DNA from: Paragordius varius
Lineage: Eukaryota > Animalia > Nematomorpha
Assembly (NCBI GenBank): GCA_964247055.1
Contig: OZ176051.1
Coordinates: 11,470,001 to 11,534,000 of the forward strand
DNA length: 64,000 nucleotides
Direction of reading: 5' to 3'
Below the pieces are notes generated by a model, which did not search any database, was not told the DNA's origin, and worked only from the letters and a program-made list of their open reading frames with translations. Of the stretch, positions 1-12,186 are shown piece by piece. The translations under genes and the position numbers were made by a program. The stretch's first letter is position 1. The number at the start of each line of letters is the position of its first letter.

Positions 1-1460
1 TTCCTGTGTTTGATGAAATTAACCTTTCAATGTCTAGCATGAATAAAGTTCCTGTCGATCAACTTTCAGGCATAGTTATATGTGAAGCAGGCTGCGTTCA
101 AAAAACCCTAGATGAAACAGTATCTGCTCACGGGCCTATCGTACCTCTCATTTGGGCTCCAAAGGCAGTTGTCAAATAGGAGGTAAAGTTGCAACCAATG
201 CAGGGGGTTTTCGACTTATTCGTTATGGTTTTTTAGGGGCTTAGTTTTAGGACTAGAAGTGGTTTTACATAGGAGAAATTTGTAACATGTTAAACCTTAC
301 GAATAGACAATACCGGATATGATTTAAAACAATTGTTTATAGGTTCTTAAGGAACATTGGGCATCATTACAAAAAATTTTTTCTATACGACCAAAAGATG
401 TGAATGTAGCTTTATTTGGATGTTCCAATTTTCAACAAATTATCGAAGCCTATATTAGCTCGTCAAGTATTGGGTGAAACATTATCTGCTTTTAAGTTTA
501 TGGATAAAGCTTGTATCGAAACGGTCATTTCATCTTTTAAGGATCAAAAAATATGTAACCATACTACTTTTTGGTCGAGTCTGGGACTTATAGAAACAAA
601 ATATTGATGCAAGACACAGACCAAAAACCTGACGATAAGGATATTGAAAGTGAATTTACCAGTATTAACAAGGAGAATTTAATGTTATATGGCACAAAAC
701 TCTCTGATATGATATCTAGAAATGTGAATGGTAAAGGTAGTTTTGAGGGTACATTAGCTAAAAATACTACTTAATACTATGATATATGGAAGTTGCTAGA
801 ACACATTTATCCAGCCCTTTCTAAAAGTTTTAGACAAAAAACTTCCAACAATGAAATCGCAAGTGATACAAAAGAATCGCCTAAATATGAAAACGATTTA
901 AGGCAAGATCAATTTTTAGTGATATGACGTTTCTATCCCTATTACTCATTGGAAAAATTACATAGCTGATATGGTGGAAATTGTCAACAAAAATAATATA
1001 GCGGACCAAGATGTCATTGCAGTGAGTGGCCACTTTGGTGATCAAAATATGCACCTCAATATTATGCCCACAAGACCAAACATGTTACAGCGTTTGGATA
1101 ATTCATCATTATCACCCAATCACTTGCTGCATAATAAAGTTGAATACTTGTAATACAACCGTTTGACTCCATCGTTTCCTCTTACAGTATTAGCGCTGAA
1201 CATGAGGTAGGTTTACGAAAATTTTATGTACTAAACCATATACATTGTCCGCCTTGGTCGTCGATCACCAACACAGATGAAAATAGTTTTTCTTATTTTA
1301 ATTCCCCTGCTGCAGAAAATGTAAATGGTAGGGAGACTCCCGAAAAGGGAAAGCATGGTCAGTCGAAAAATGTTAAATTGCGGCCCACATCTAAAGAGAA
1401 CCTTTTGTGTTCCTTGAAACGAATTTCGAATGGAATTATGAATCCGTATAAAATATTTGG
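1..1460 (+). pseudogene. D2HGDH: D-2-hydroxyglutarate dehydrogenase pseudogene, intronless, 5'-truncated by the window edge
   Basis: Colinear FAD-oxidase motifs across shifting frames: [67 protein letters not shown] (TAA at 348-350 where Glu is expected), LGETLSAFKFMD, GHFGDQNMHLNI, SISAEHEVG, GIMNPYKI. Several stops and frameshifts; no introns. Confidence 0.85.
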
Positions 1461-1719
1461 ATCGCTAATATATGAGTATAAAGGCTTTTACTATGGATTT
1501 TTATAAATCATAGATGCAAAATTTATACCTCAAATTTTTTATTTAGGAAATTGATTTTAGGCACTTTTCTAAATACATTTATATATTATATTCAAATTGT
1601 CATTACGTACTCACTCAAAATACCTAGCAATATATTATTATCATGCAGCATAATATTTATGATATTTGTATTAAAAATTAAAAAAATTATTAAAGAATGT
1701 TTAATACAATAGGGTAGAT

Positions 1720-4240
1720 GTATGGTCAGGGTAATTCAATGGTGAAACAAAATCTTTGGGTGTATGGTTGTGAGCGGCAGAAGGCCCCAGCAATTCTCGG
1801 TTGGGATTGGCTCCAAGAATTCCCCAATGCCATAAAACAGTTGATAAATTGACGTAAATATTTTAATAATATATTTGAGGAATATTCACTTGTTAATAAA
1901 TTTAATTCACTTTTTTGTGAAAAATTAGGGTGTTTCACTGGAACTCCTATCAAACTTTTTTTAAAAAACAATACAAAACCAAAAATTTTTAAGTGTCGCC
2001 GCATGCCGATACCATTAAAGAAAAAGTCGACTCTGAAATTAAGAGACTTTTAGTAGCGGACATAATTAAACCATTAGACTCCACGACTGAGAAACTAACC
2101 TGGGCCCCTATTATTTGTATAACAAAAGCGAATGGTGCCTTAAGATTATGTGCAGATTATAGTGTTACAATAAATTCGCATCTAGTAGATGACAGTCATA
2201 TGGCCGAACAAGCGCCCCCTGCATTTTGCAAAGATTAATGGATAAGATTCTAGGTGACTGCCTAGGAAAAGCTGTATATTTAGACGATATTTTAATAACA
2301 GGAAAAAACCGAAACGAACACAAAAGAAACTTTGAAAGGGTAAAGCGTCTAGACGAATCTGGTTTAAAATTAAGTAAAGGCAAACTAAAACTTTTTCAAC
2401 CGCCTGTAAGTAGGAAATGTTATATCAAACAACGACATCTCACCAGCCGCCGATAAGTTAAAGCCATACAAGAATCTCCAAGACCCACCAAAACAACACT
2501 CAAGTCTTTCTTAGGCTTAATAAATTTTCGCACACGTTTCCTCCCGAAATCGCATGGAAGTTTGGCTGTGCTTCACGAGCTAAGCAGTTATAAAAAACCC
2601 TGGATATGGACTGAAAACCACGAGGACTGTTTCAATAGAGTCATAAATTTAATATGCCATAATGTTAAACTAACTCCGTTGAACTCTGAGTTACTTATAT
2701 CGAAACAGATCCCTAAAATGGGTACGGAGCAGTGTTACTACAGACCACGAGGAGGGCATAAATAAACCCATTGCCTAAGCATCAAGAAAGTGGTCTAAAC
2801 CCGAAGAAAATTATTCAGTGATAGAAAAGGAATCACAAGCCATACTTTTCGCTTTTGAAAAATTTAGAAAGTTTATTACGGAGAAGAAATCTGAGCTGCG
2901 TACTGATCACAAACCACTAATAAAGCTGTTTGGAAATAATCGTAAACTAGACCAAATAAATTATAAGCTACTACGTTGGATATATAAAGCTACCGAATTT
3001 AATTACAATCTACGGTACATTAAAAGCCACGAATTGCAGATCCATTGTTCCGCATGCCGACAGAACCACAAAAACAAGGCACAGAAAGTCTTCAAACAGC
3101 AGAACATGTAAGGTTTGTCATAAAACAGGTAATAAGTCTACTAAGAACAAACAACTGGTCCAATAAAATTTTACATCCATTTTACAATTTTAGAAATGAA
3201 ATTGAAAATACGTACGGATATTATATTGGCATGATAGATTACTAATTCCCGAATTTCAAAAATTAAATATCTTACGATTATTACACAACTGACACCCGGG
3301 GTTTAAAATAATGTACGAACAAGCAAGACAATAGTTTTTTGGCACAGCATGGAAAGCGACATAAAAAAGTGGGTAGATACGTGTAAAAATGTCAAGAAAA
3401 CCGTCCAATGCGAAAATGAATCCCACATACAATTGGGCCACTAATAGAGCAATATGGCAGAGGTTACATTAGATGTAGCAGATCGGAATAGACAATTTTT
3501 ATTGGATGTTCTTATTGATAGTTATTCTCGATGGGTCAAAGTTAAACTATCGTAAATGATATCGACCAAAAATATCTTAAATTTCCTAGACGAATGTTTT
3601 AATCGATGTGGTTCTCCAAGAATGATAGTAACCGACAACGCGTCTTACTTTACATCTGAAGAGTTTAAAAGATTGATGGAAACGGGAAACATTAAATATG
3701 TAACATAAGTTCCCTATCAACCAAAAACGAGCGGAATGGTGGAACGAGTGATATATATCCTCAAAACACATTATCGGTCAGTAGAAGACTGTGACCCCCA
3801 ATCAAGAATAAATAACACGCTTTGGGGAGACCGCACTAACACACAGTGCTACAAATACATGTCCGGCATAACTTTTTATAAAACGCATCCCGCCCATCCA
3901 AATCACATGGCTAATATATAAACAAACAGACTTCTTAGACGATGTACAACTGAATCACGAATACCATGAAAATAAAAAAATATATATAAAATGAACTAGT
4001 GAATGGTTGGCGAGAAGGAATTGTAAAAGAATAATGGGAAGACAAGTTCGTCCGAAGAAACACCACCATCGCATGACCTATGTATCAGGTACCCTACTGC
4101 CACGACCGAAGCCCCGGAATTACCGCCCCAACCCTTGGAACCCTTCATTGAGTTGCCATCCCAACAAACACCCACCATAGCACTTACCACTGACACTCAC
4201 ATAGAACGGCGAACCCTACACGATCCGACACCCATCAGGT
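1720..4240 (+). mobile_element. Degraded Ty3/Gypsy LTR retrotransposon pol (protease end, RT, RNase H, integrase)
   Basis: AILGWDWL (protease end); WAPIICITKANGALRLCADY and AVYLDDILITG (RT); NYSVIEKESQAILFAFEKF and LRTDHKPL (RNase H); VTDNASYFTSEEF and PYQPKTSGMVER (integrase). The RT-RH-INT order is Gypsy-type. Frameshifted. Confidence 0.9.
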
Positions 4241-4246
4241 AAATAT

Positions 4247-4443
4247 CAAGGACAAGGAAAGAGTTATGTTAAGTTAGATCCTACTTTCGTGGATATACAA
4301 ACGCACCTATATAATTGCACACACTTATAACACTTTATGATACACGTAGTTAATGTTAATTGTATCTTCTGTGTATTTATCCCATATTTTATGTATTTAA
4401 TATAATATAGAACTGGTTCCTATTTACGGAAGATATGGAATCA
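4247..4443 (+). repeat. Possible polypurine tract and 3' LTR of the Gypsy element
   Basis: Purine run aaggacaaggaaagag follows the pol end, then an AT-rich tract. No matching 5' LTR in the window, so the boundaries are a guess. Confidence 0.3.
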
Positions 4444-4974
4444 TTATCTCTTTTTAAGTGTTAACCAATTATGATCTCTAAGAAAATTTTAAGAGCTACC
4501 TTTTTAGGGTGCGAGGTTTGGAACGAAACCGCGTTAGTTATCGAAAAATTAAAAATGGAATCAGGCTGGTTATTAAAATTTTACTGCAATTAGTTACAAA
4601 GTCATAACCAATTTAATTTCATATCAAAACCTCATCAATATTGAAGTTCTGGCAACATATACTTTCTTTTCGTTTTTAAAATTTTATGTTAGCAGAAAAA
4701 TATTTTTACGCTATCTGTTAAAATAAAATGATGTATTGGATATTGCTCGGTTCGTATTCACATGTGGAGGGATTAAAACATGGTAATTCTTCAGTAAAAA
4801 AATCGACGGTTCTAAGTTGATTGGTGCATCCCTAAAAACCAGTCCTCGCTGTTAATAATGATAAAAACATGCATAGGACAAACAAATTGCTTTATACACC
4901 AACAATTATATATATAAGTCTTTAATTAAATTCTTCACTGTTTTATAATGAGTAGGGCTATAATCAATCCTATT

Positions 4975-5045
4975 TCAGTCAAAAGCAACACTTTTTCAAG
5001 CAAACGCAACACTTTTTTAAGCGAACGCAACATTTTCCAGCTAAT
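4975..5045. repeat. Short ~21-bp tandem units (aagcaaacgcaacacttttt), family G
   Basis: Three diverged units; the same units recur at 15840-16030. Confidence 0.5.
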
Positions 5046-6239
5046 ATAAACTTAGTTTATAGTTAGCGCATTTCGACAAATCAAAAAACAATCGGCCACA
5101 CTATGGTAGGTTTTAGATAAATATTTTTGTTTTATTTTATAACCGAAAGTATACTTTACAAAGTTTAGAGGATGGCTTTTTAAGCATGTGCTCAAAAATG
5201 CCGCGATTGCTCGAAATTTCATTACAGACCATTTTTCGACCAGGAACAATGTTCCAATTTTATTTCATTTTTAATAAATTATTTTGTAATCGTTAATATT
5301 TTATGCAATTTAGATTCTTTAAAATTAGATTTTATCGCAATGATTAGCATTTAATTCTTTTCTTGCGTTATCTAAAATAATTCATTTATAAGTTTTCCAA
5401 AGGTAACTAAGCAATTTTTAAATCTTACAGTTGCCACCCTTCCCTTCCCGGAAAAATGACTTTTCTCGAACAAATATTCACTTTAATTTTCTGGAAAAGG
5501 TATATGTCTATTCCATTTAATTAATTTTTCGGAGATGTTGACTGAATTCGAATTTGCCCCTGTTTTATCAGCTTATTTAAGATAACATATTTTGAAATAA
5601 TAATGCTAACTATTATTTATAAATCTTTTGGAAATTTTTCGGTATTTATCATATGGAGGTCAAAATTGTTGCTGAACGGTCTTTTAATTAGCTCTGGTAA
5701 GGATCACCCTCTGTAAATTAAATTAAAATATGATAAAATAGAATTAGATTAGATACTTGTATTCTCATACATACTCTTACCTGGTATAATGGTTTAGAAT
5801 CCTTTTAATGGGACCGAGATTCTCATCACATAGGTAAATAAACGCAAATTAATATTTTGACCAATCGTACGAATTTCGAATTGAGGAATAGTAATAGTAG
5901 CTTAAATCAAGATGAGTTTTAATATGAGCAAGTTTTAGAATGACAAAATATGAGTGAAACCCTCTAAGGCGATGCTAATATTCTTTTTATGATATGAGAT
6001 ATCAAAATATTTTTATCACAATTTTCATAGTGAATTAAGATATTATAATATCAAAAATTTGTTGTTAAAATATATCAAAGTGTCATATTTAATTTAAATT
6101 ATTAACCATTTTGGCTAAACATGAAAAATGTTGGCCCATAAAAGGACGAGTTTTAAAAATATTTTTTATAGTGCCTTTAAAGCCATAAACATACATTTAC
6201 CAGATCACAACAACTTACCATTTTTAATAACAATAATAA

Positions 6240-6482
6240 TAATTATTACATTATGTGATATCACTCTTTCGAGCGGTCACATCCATAAATTTCGCCATAG
6301 AACCCTATCTCTGACGTCCTCGTGTTTTAGGTTCAGTTTTGCCATGTCCCTCTTAACTGTATCTATCCATCGCGTTTTAGGGATTCCCCTCTTACCTTTC
6401 ACAATATAATCATCAATCTTTTTACCAATGTAGTTATTATCTCTTCATTCTACATGTCCAAACCATCTTAGATGATTTAACA
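6240..6482 (-). mobile_element. RTE-clade non-LTR retrotransposon, 3' end
   Basis: Minus strand reads LNHLRWFGHVE...GKRGIPKTRWIDTVKRDMAKLNLKHEDVRDRVLWR, then an (ATT)n-like tail. Continues at 8474 across the hAT insertion. Confidence 0.75.
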
Positions 6483-8473
6483 CAGTAGTACTCACCAAAA
6501 AAATTTGAGGGCCAAATAAAATATAATTTTTTTCGAGGACCATGAACCTTATAATGGCAAATATTCCATAGCTATTTGACACATATGCACATATTTATAC
6601 TCTGAATCAGCACAATTTTTTTGCGGATCGCATATAAATCCAGCTAAACTCTCGTTTTGCACAAATTAGTTTAAAAAATTAAAATATTTTAATAACAACA
6701 TTTATTTTGATATTAACCAATATTTGACAAATTTGGTTTCGCCTCATGACAGGTCAATCTTATTTAATACGTCGTCCATATCATCGCTTAAGCGATTTCT
6801 GTATGTGTTTTTGACAAACTTCATTCTTGAATAAGCCGTCTCACACGTGTAAGTTGAGGGAAAAACAATTAGGATAACTTGAGCACATTTTTATTTATAT
6901 TTTCATATTTATTTGTAGGCAAATAAAACCACCATTTGTCACTATAAATTTCCTCGTCAAACTTTCTGTTATCTTTTATATAATTTCATTTAAAACAAAA
7001 AATCTATTTAATACTTTGCTAAGGCTTAGCCATCTCACAGCGTTGTAGAAAAGAATATCATCAAGCCCACTATGGATACTTTCAGATGGTTTTTGAATAT
7101 ACGGCGGTTAAATTTTCTGTCACGGATGTGGTTGAATATCAACAACCGTTTTAATTACTAAATTGAGTGATTCATCTCTACACGTAAGTTTTGCTGATGA
7201 ATAAAGCAGTCAAAGGATAAAATATTTTGCAAATTATATTTGTTTTTTAAAAGAGGAATAGATACTTTCTTTATTCCAATCATAGAGGGACAGCCATCTC
7301 TCCAGATCGAAACCAATTTTTTCATAGATATACCATTATTATTTAAAAAAATGCTAATTATTTTGAGAAAACCTCCTTTCGTATTATTATTCATTGGTAA
7401 TTTTAAATATTCTTCGTTGATTATGTTTTCGTCGCAAATCTCAGGGAGAGCGCACATTGAGGCGTTGAACCAAGTGCTAGAATCAACAGCAATAAATAAT
7501 GTATGGTTAAAAATATTTTTAGACATATCTTCAATTCGTCAAGCACATGTTGAATCAGAAAGTTGAAGTTTTTTAATTTGCCTCATGATTTGATCTTTAT
7601 ATGAAATATATCAAATAAAAAAGTGCAACCATTTATTAGACATTCTTTTATTAGTTGGGAATCAGTCAACGGGTCCATATTTTTTCCTAAAATATAGCAA
7701 ATTTTACACGAGGCTAATGTTACAGCTTTCCTGGGAGACAGCTATGGACATAATTTTTTCTTTCTAGTATAATTCCTTAATCTTTTTATATTTTCGTTTC
7801 TTTCCTCGTAATTTTCTGGTAATCTATGAGAATGATGGATTTTAAAATGTCTCAATATTGTATTTTTTTATGGTCTTTACATGTAAGACAAGTAACAATA
7901 TTTATCTTTAAAGACAAAGAATTTTTCTTCTTATTCTTTTTTAAAGGATGTTTTTACCGGATAATTTACGTTTTTTAGCATGTCATACTTTGAATTTATG
8001 TTTAAATATTATATATATCATTTTTTTAAAAATAGGAATATAATTTAAATTATGCTATAAAAAAGGTCGAAATTAATGATCTTGATAAATTTTATGGGAA
8101 TGAGTTTTAAAAATGATGCAGGATAGCAATGATATGCGAGTTTGGATGAAGGTTTGCTTAAATACAAAAAGAAATGCAATAAAAATTTACAAACAGAAAA
8201 GAAAATAGAATACAGAAACAGAAACAACGTGTGCCAAAATTTTGAAATCGTTTTAATGTAGGGAAATTTTTCTTCATTGTAAATTGGGTAAAAAATAAAA
8301 TTACCCAAATTAAAATCTAAAGAAATTAAATTTATATTAAAATAAGCGAAAATTTGTTAATGTGTATTTTAAAAATAAAAAAAAATAATTTAAGTATCAT
8401 TATGGTCATAGGGCATTTTTGAAGCACTCTTAGGGCCGCATGCAACCAGCGGGCCGCGGCTTGAGTACCACTG
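6483..8473 (-). mobile_element. hAT (Buster/SPIN/Charlie-type) transposon with decayed GTF2IRD2-like transposase
   Basis: TIRs CAGTAGTACTCA / TGAGTACCACTG. Exact 8-bp TSD ATTTAACA at 6475-6482 and 8474-8481. Transposase motifs IAVDSST, RDGCPSMIG, CFIHQQNL, NAVRWLSLSKVL at about 7010-7560. Confidence 0.92.
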
Positions 8474-9000
8474 ATTTAACATCATCTGTTGCGTTATCGG
8501 TTAAATTTCCATACTTCCTCAAATATTCATTCCTTATCTTGTCTTTCTTCGTTACACCGCTTATCAATCTAAGCATTCTAATTTAAGTAACTAAGAAGTG
8601 CCTCTCTTCTGATTTTTTTAATGCCCATATATGTGAGTTGTGCATCATTTTTGGCTGCACAACAGCACTGTATTACCCTTGACTTTTAGGTCAATATTTT
8701 TATCGCACAAAACATTTGAGATCCTTTTATAATTTGCCCAACTATTTTGAATTCTTAAATTTATATCATGCGTCTGCTGCTAAAATCGCTCCTTAATATT
8801 TGCATTTCTCCTGACCTTTACCCACCCTTCTTCTAATTCCGTTTTTATCCACCGAAATTTATAAGTTCCGTTTTCTTTTTATTAATTTTAAACCGCGCCG
8901 TCGTAACACATCAATCCATTTGCTCACCAATTCTTTCAATTCATGCAACTCGTCTTACAGCACTAAATTCATTCAAAAAAATGCGCGAAATTACCTTTAT
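8474..9000 (-). mobile_element. RTE-clade LINE remnant (RT C-terminal half), upstream part of the element split by the hAT
   Basis: Minus strand FKINKKKTELINF and RMLRLISGVTKKDKIRNEYL. Rejoins 6482 seamlessly once the hAT and one TSD are removed. Confidence 0.7.
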
Positions 9001-9689
9001 GATATTTTTTATAATTTTCTATTTATCGTTTTATTTAGAGTATATTACATATTCCGAATCATAATTGTTGTAAAGATGCGTATTTTATTTTTTTTATTTA
9101 TTGATATATTTAATTATTTTTTGGTTTCATTTTTTTCCATTTACTATTAGTACTATTAGTGTTTATTTTTTTATATCTATAATTATTCTTATTATTGTTT
9201 TTTTAGTTTTTTATGGGTGTTTTTTGTAAAGCGTGCTGGCCAGACCTGGCCAGTCGCTGCTTGGTGGACAATAGGGATAAGGAATGTTGTAGAGTGTGTT
9301 TTGCCAGTATACAACAAGTTACCATTTAATTAAATTAATTCTCGCGTTGTTTTGACAAATTTACTAGTCTTGGAGCTTTTAGGGAATCTGAACTACATAG
9401 AACGTTCTTGGCACATCAGACAACAGAGTCTAATTATCCAAATATTTGGCCTGAAACCTATATAATAAATAATACACCAAGTTATAGGCTTATTATTGTA
9501 TAAATAGTTCGTAGACAAATTATGTCAGATCAATATTGTGTTTTTTTCATAAAATTCAAATTTTTAAAAAAACGAACCTTAAAATTTTAATTCTAAAGCG
9601 AATTCTCAACGTCGAATTATATAGAAAAATGTTTTTATATATTCTCAAAGCGTTTCATGCCGTTTTCATCTTGTAACAAAATAGTGTGT

Positions 9690-10110
9690 GGTTTATTTCA
9701 ACAAAAATTTGTTAAAAATTAAATTTTTGAAAAATTTATGCATTTTTTGAATATTTTTAGTTAATATATCAAAATTTATCATTAAATTTGAACGTGCGAC
9801 CCCGGTATTTTTGCCTTTATTTAAGAAGGAATAGTTTAGAAGAGTAAACAATGAGCCTTTTGGCACCCACATCTAAAATTTTTTTCCAAATATTGCTTTG
9901 CTTTTTAACAGTAGTTTAAGATATATTTTGGAAAGCTAGCTTTTATCAGAAAAAAATTTATCAAAAAATAAGGTCAAATTTTGTCATCTGATATGTAGCA
10001 CTCACCACAAAAGTGTAAACTCAATCACTCGGGGCCAAAGCATCATGATAATCCTGATACATTTTCCTATCAGAATATATATATTCCAACAGGTTATTTT
10101 GTAAACACGT
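9690..10110 (+). repeat. Unclassified dispersed repeat family F, copy 1
   Basis: Shares gcatttttg..tttatttt, ccacaaaagtgta and catgataatcctgatacattttc..tcagaatatat blocks with 16740, 31880, 32900 and 53960. Confidence 0.65.
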
Positions 10111-10563
10111 AATGCTTTAATTATGTGAAAGAATTAAAAAAACTCTGTAAAATTAATTTGATATTTTCTGGTTTATTTATTTTTTATATGATTTACAAAT
10201 TATTTCTTAATACCATATTCTCTTTAAATTTGACCTTGAAAACCTAAACACAAAATTAGAATTGGCATAATATTGAAAATATCATTTTAATTGTAAAAAC
10301 TCTCAAAAATGAATTTGAATATTTGGTTGAAGTATATTAGAAAATTGTGATTTATGGTAATTTTTTTATAAGAAATTAGCTTGTGACCAATACTTTAATC
10401 TAGAAAATTAATTTTGGCCACCTACCAAGAGTTATTATATAAGATGACTGATTACAAATGATTTTGTCTGACCTTGAAAATTTTATGGCAACAAACCATA
10501 TTTTTATATATTAATAAACAACTTTAAATATTTTATGATTAATTATGATTATTCTGTCTAAGG

Positions 10564-10571
10564 TATAAATA
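10564..10571 (+). promoter_or_regulatory. Candidate TATA box (TATAAATA)
   Basis: About 42 nt upstream of the ATG at 10613 that opens a signal-peptide-like exon. TATA-like words are common in DNA this AT-rich. Confidence 0.35.
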
Positions 10572-10612
10572 GACCTACCTGGTTTGTTAAAATATTATTA
10601 TAAATTTTGAAC

Positions 10613-11743
10613 ATGAATATTCAAGGATTACTCCTCTTTTTGGGATATATTGTTTTGATGCTAACCGTTGGTACAACTAATTCTAGATTAGGTATAAAAG
10701 TATATTTATAAATTCTTTTTGTAATGATTAAAGAACACAAAAATGTTAACATATAATTATTATCCATGTGTCGTGTGTTATCAGCGAAAACGAATGCCAT
10801 TTTAACTCTAAATGCACTTTTATATAATGTTTTGAAAGAGGGTTGTTTATAAATAGGTTTGCTAGACGCAATAAATAAGGATATTGATATTAATAATTAT
10901 AATATAAGAATATAAATATGAGACTAATTGCCACAATAAAAATACGATTTTTCACCAATTTTTGTTGCCAGGGAAAAGCTACTCAGATACTCTGTTAAAG
11001 AAGTATCATTGTTATAATTTTATCAGCATTAAAAATTGTTATTAAAAATTTTTACGGACATAAGAACTCGGATAGCCGCATGTTAAAAACATCTCCTTTA
11101 AATACAAAACAAATAATAGTACATTGTGAACCGAATGCGAAATCATATTTTCTAATAAATTTATCTTACATTCAAATTCATTGATTAATCATGTTTAAAA
11201 TAAATGCAAATAAATTAATATAATACAGACAGAAATAAATGTTCGAAGTTAGTTTTGTCGTTATTTTGAATGAAAGATCAGGAAATTTTTTCCGATTAAA
11301 AACGTAAAATATACTCAGCACCATAAATCAATACCTTGACATATCGTGAAAATTTTAGGGTTGAAAAAAGTCTTAGAAGAGTTGTATTTCATTTACGAAA
11401 CTTTATATATCAATTTATTATTTTGAAATTGTATTTCTTTTTTACATAGTAAAACGTGGGGTACCAGCTGATTGGCAAATTCCTAAAGGAATATCCAAGA
11501 AACTTACCGAAGCAACTACTCAAGGGTGAAATAGTGTCAACTTAATCTTTTATTTATTAATTATCTTTAAAATTACATCATATATTTAGCATCTTTATAA
11601 ATACCTTTGCAGTTTTCTGTTATCCAAAAAAATTATGTGGGTTTAATAAATTATTCAATTAACTCAAACATTCGTACTGGTTCAAATACTAATATAGATG
11701 TAATCGATATAATAAAAAATATGGGTACTGCTTGTTTGGCTAA
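10613..11743 (+). CDS. Candidate small secreted-peptide gene (exons 10613-10691, 11450-11525, 11590-11640, 11698-11743)
   Basis: Exon 1 MNIQGLLLFLGYIVLMLTVGTTNSRL ends at a phase-1 GT. An in-phase acceptor with good pyrimidine tract at 11449 gives VKRGVPADWQIPKGISKKLTEATTQG. Later exons are tentative (CYPKKLCGCNRYNKKYGYCLFG*). No homolog recognised. Confidence 0.35.
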
Positions 11744-12186
11744 ATTTATGAAATAAATAGATATACCATTTTAAGAAACACTTTAACCGAACGTAACATT
11801 TTTTCTAGCTAACCAACATTTGTTAGTTACTTTAATCCCATCATAATAATCTATTAATATCCTAATATTTTGTAGCAAAGTCCAATCAATAACATAAAGT
11901 TTTTGCCATAATAAAATATCATTTATGGGTTATTAACAAAAATTATGTGATTATAGGTAATATATCTGCTAATTGGGACAAGTGAATCAGGTCCACTATT
12001 TAAATGAAGAAATGTTGTTGGAGTAAACAATAAGGAGTCAATCATTCTACCGATAATCTTTGTAACCTTTTTTGGGTATGTAACTCAATTTGTTGATTAT
12101 ACCAAGGGTTCTATGCATTAGTCTAAATGTTAGGCAAATTCAAAAAAGGATATTACTTAAAATAGTGAGTAAAGCGTCATTCAAAG

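Noticed and set aside
348-350. TAA at a conserved Glu in D2HGDH, suggesting stop-codon reassignment
   Set aside because: The same sequence has frameshifts and other stops, and PNP and paralog 1 end normally in TAA. Ordinary pseudogene decay explains it.
7240-7566. 108-aa plus-strand ORF
   Set aside because: Antisense to the hAT transposase remnant, whose motifs are on the minus strand.
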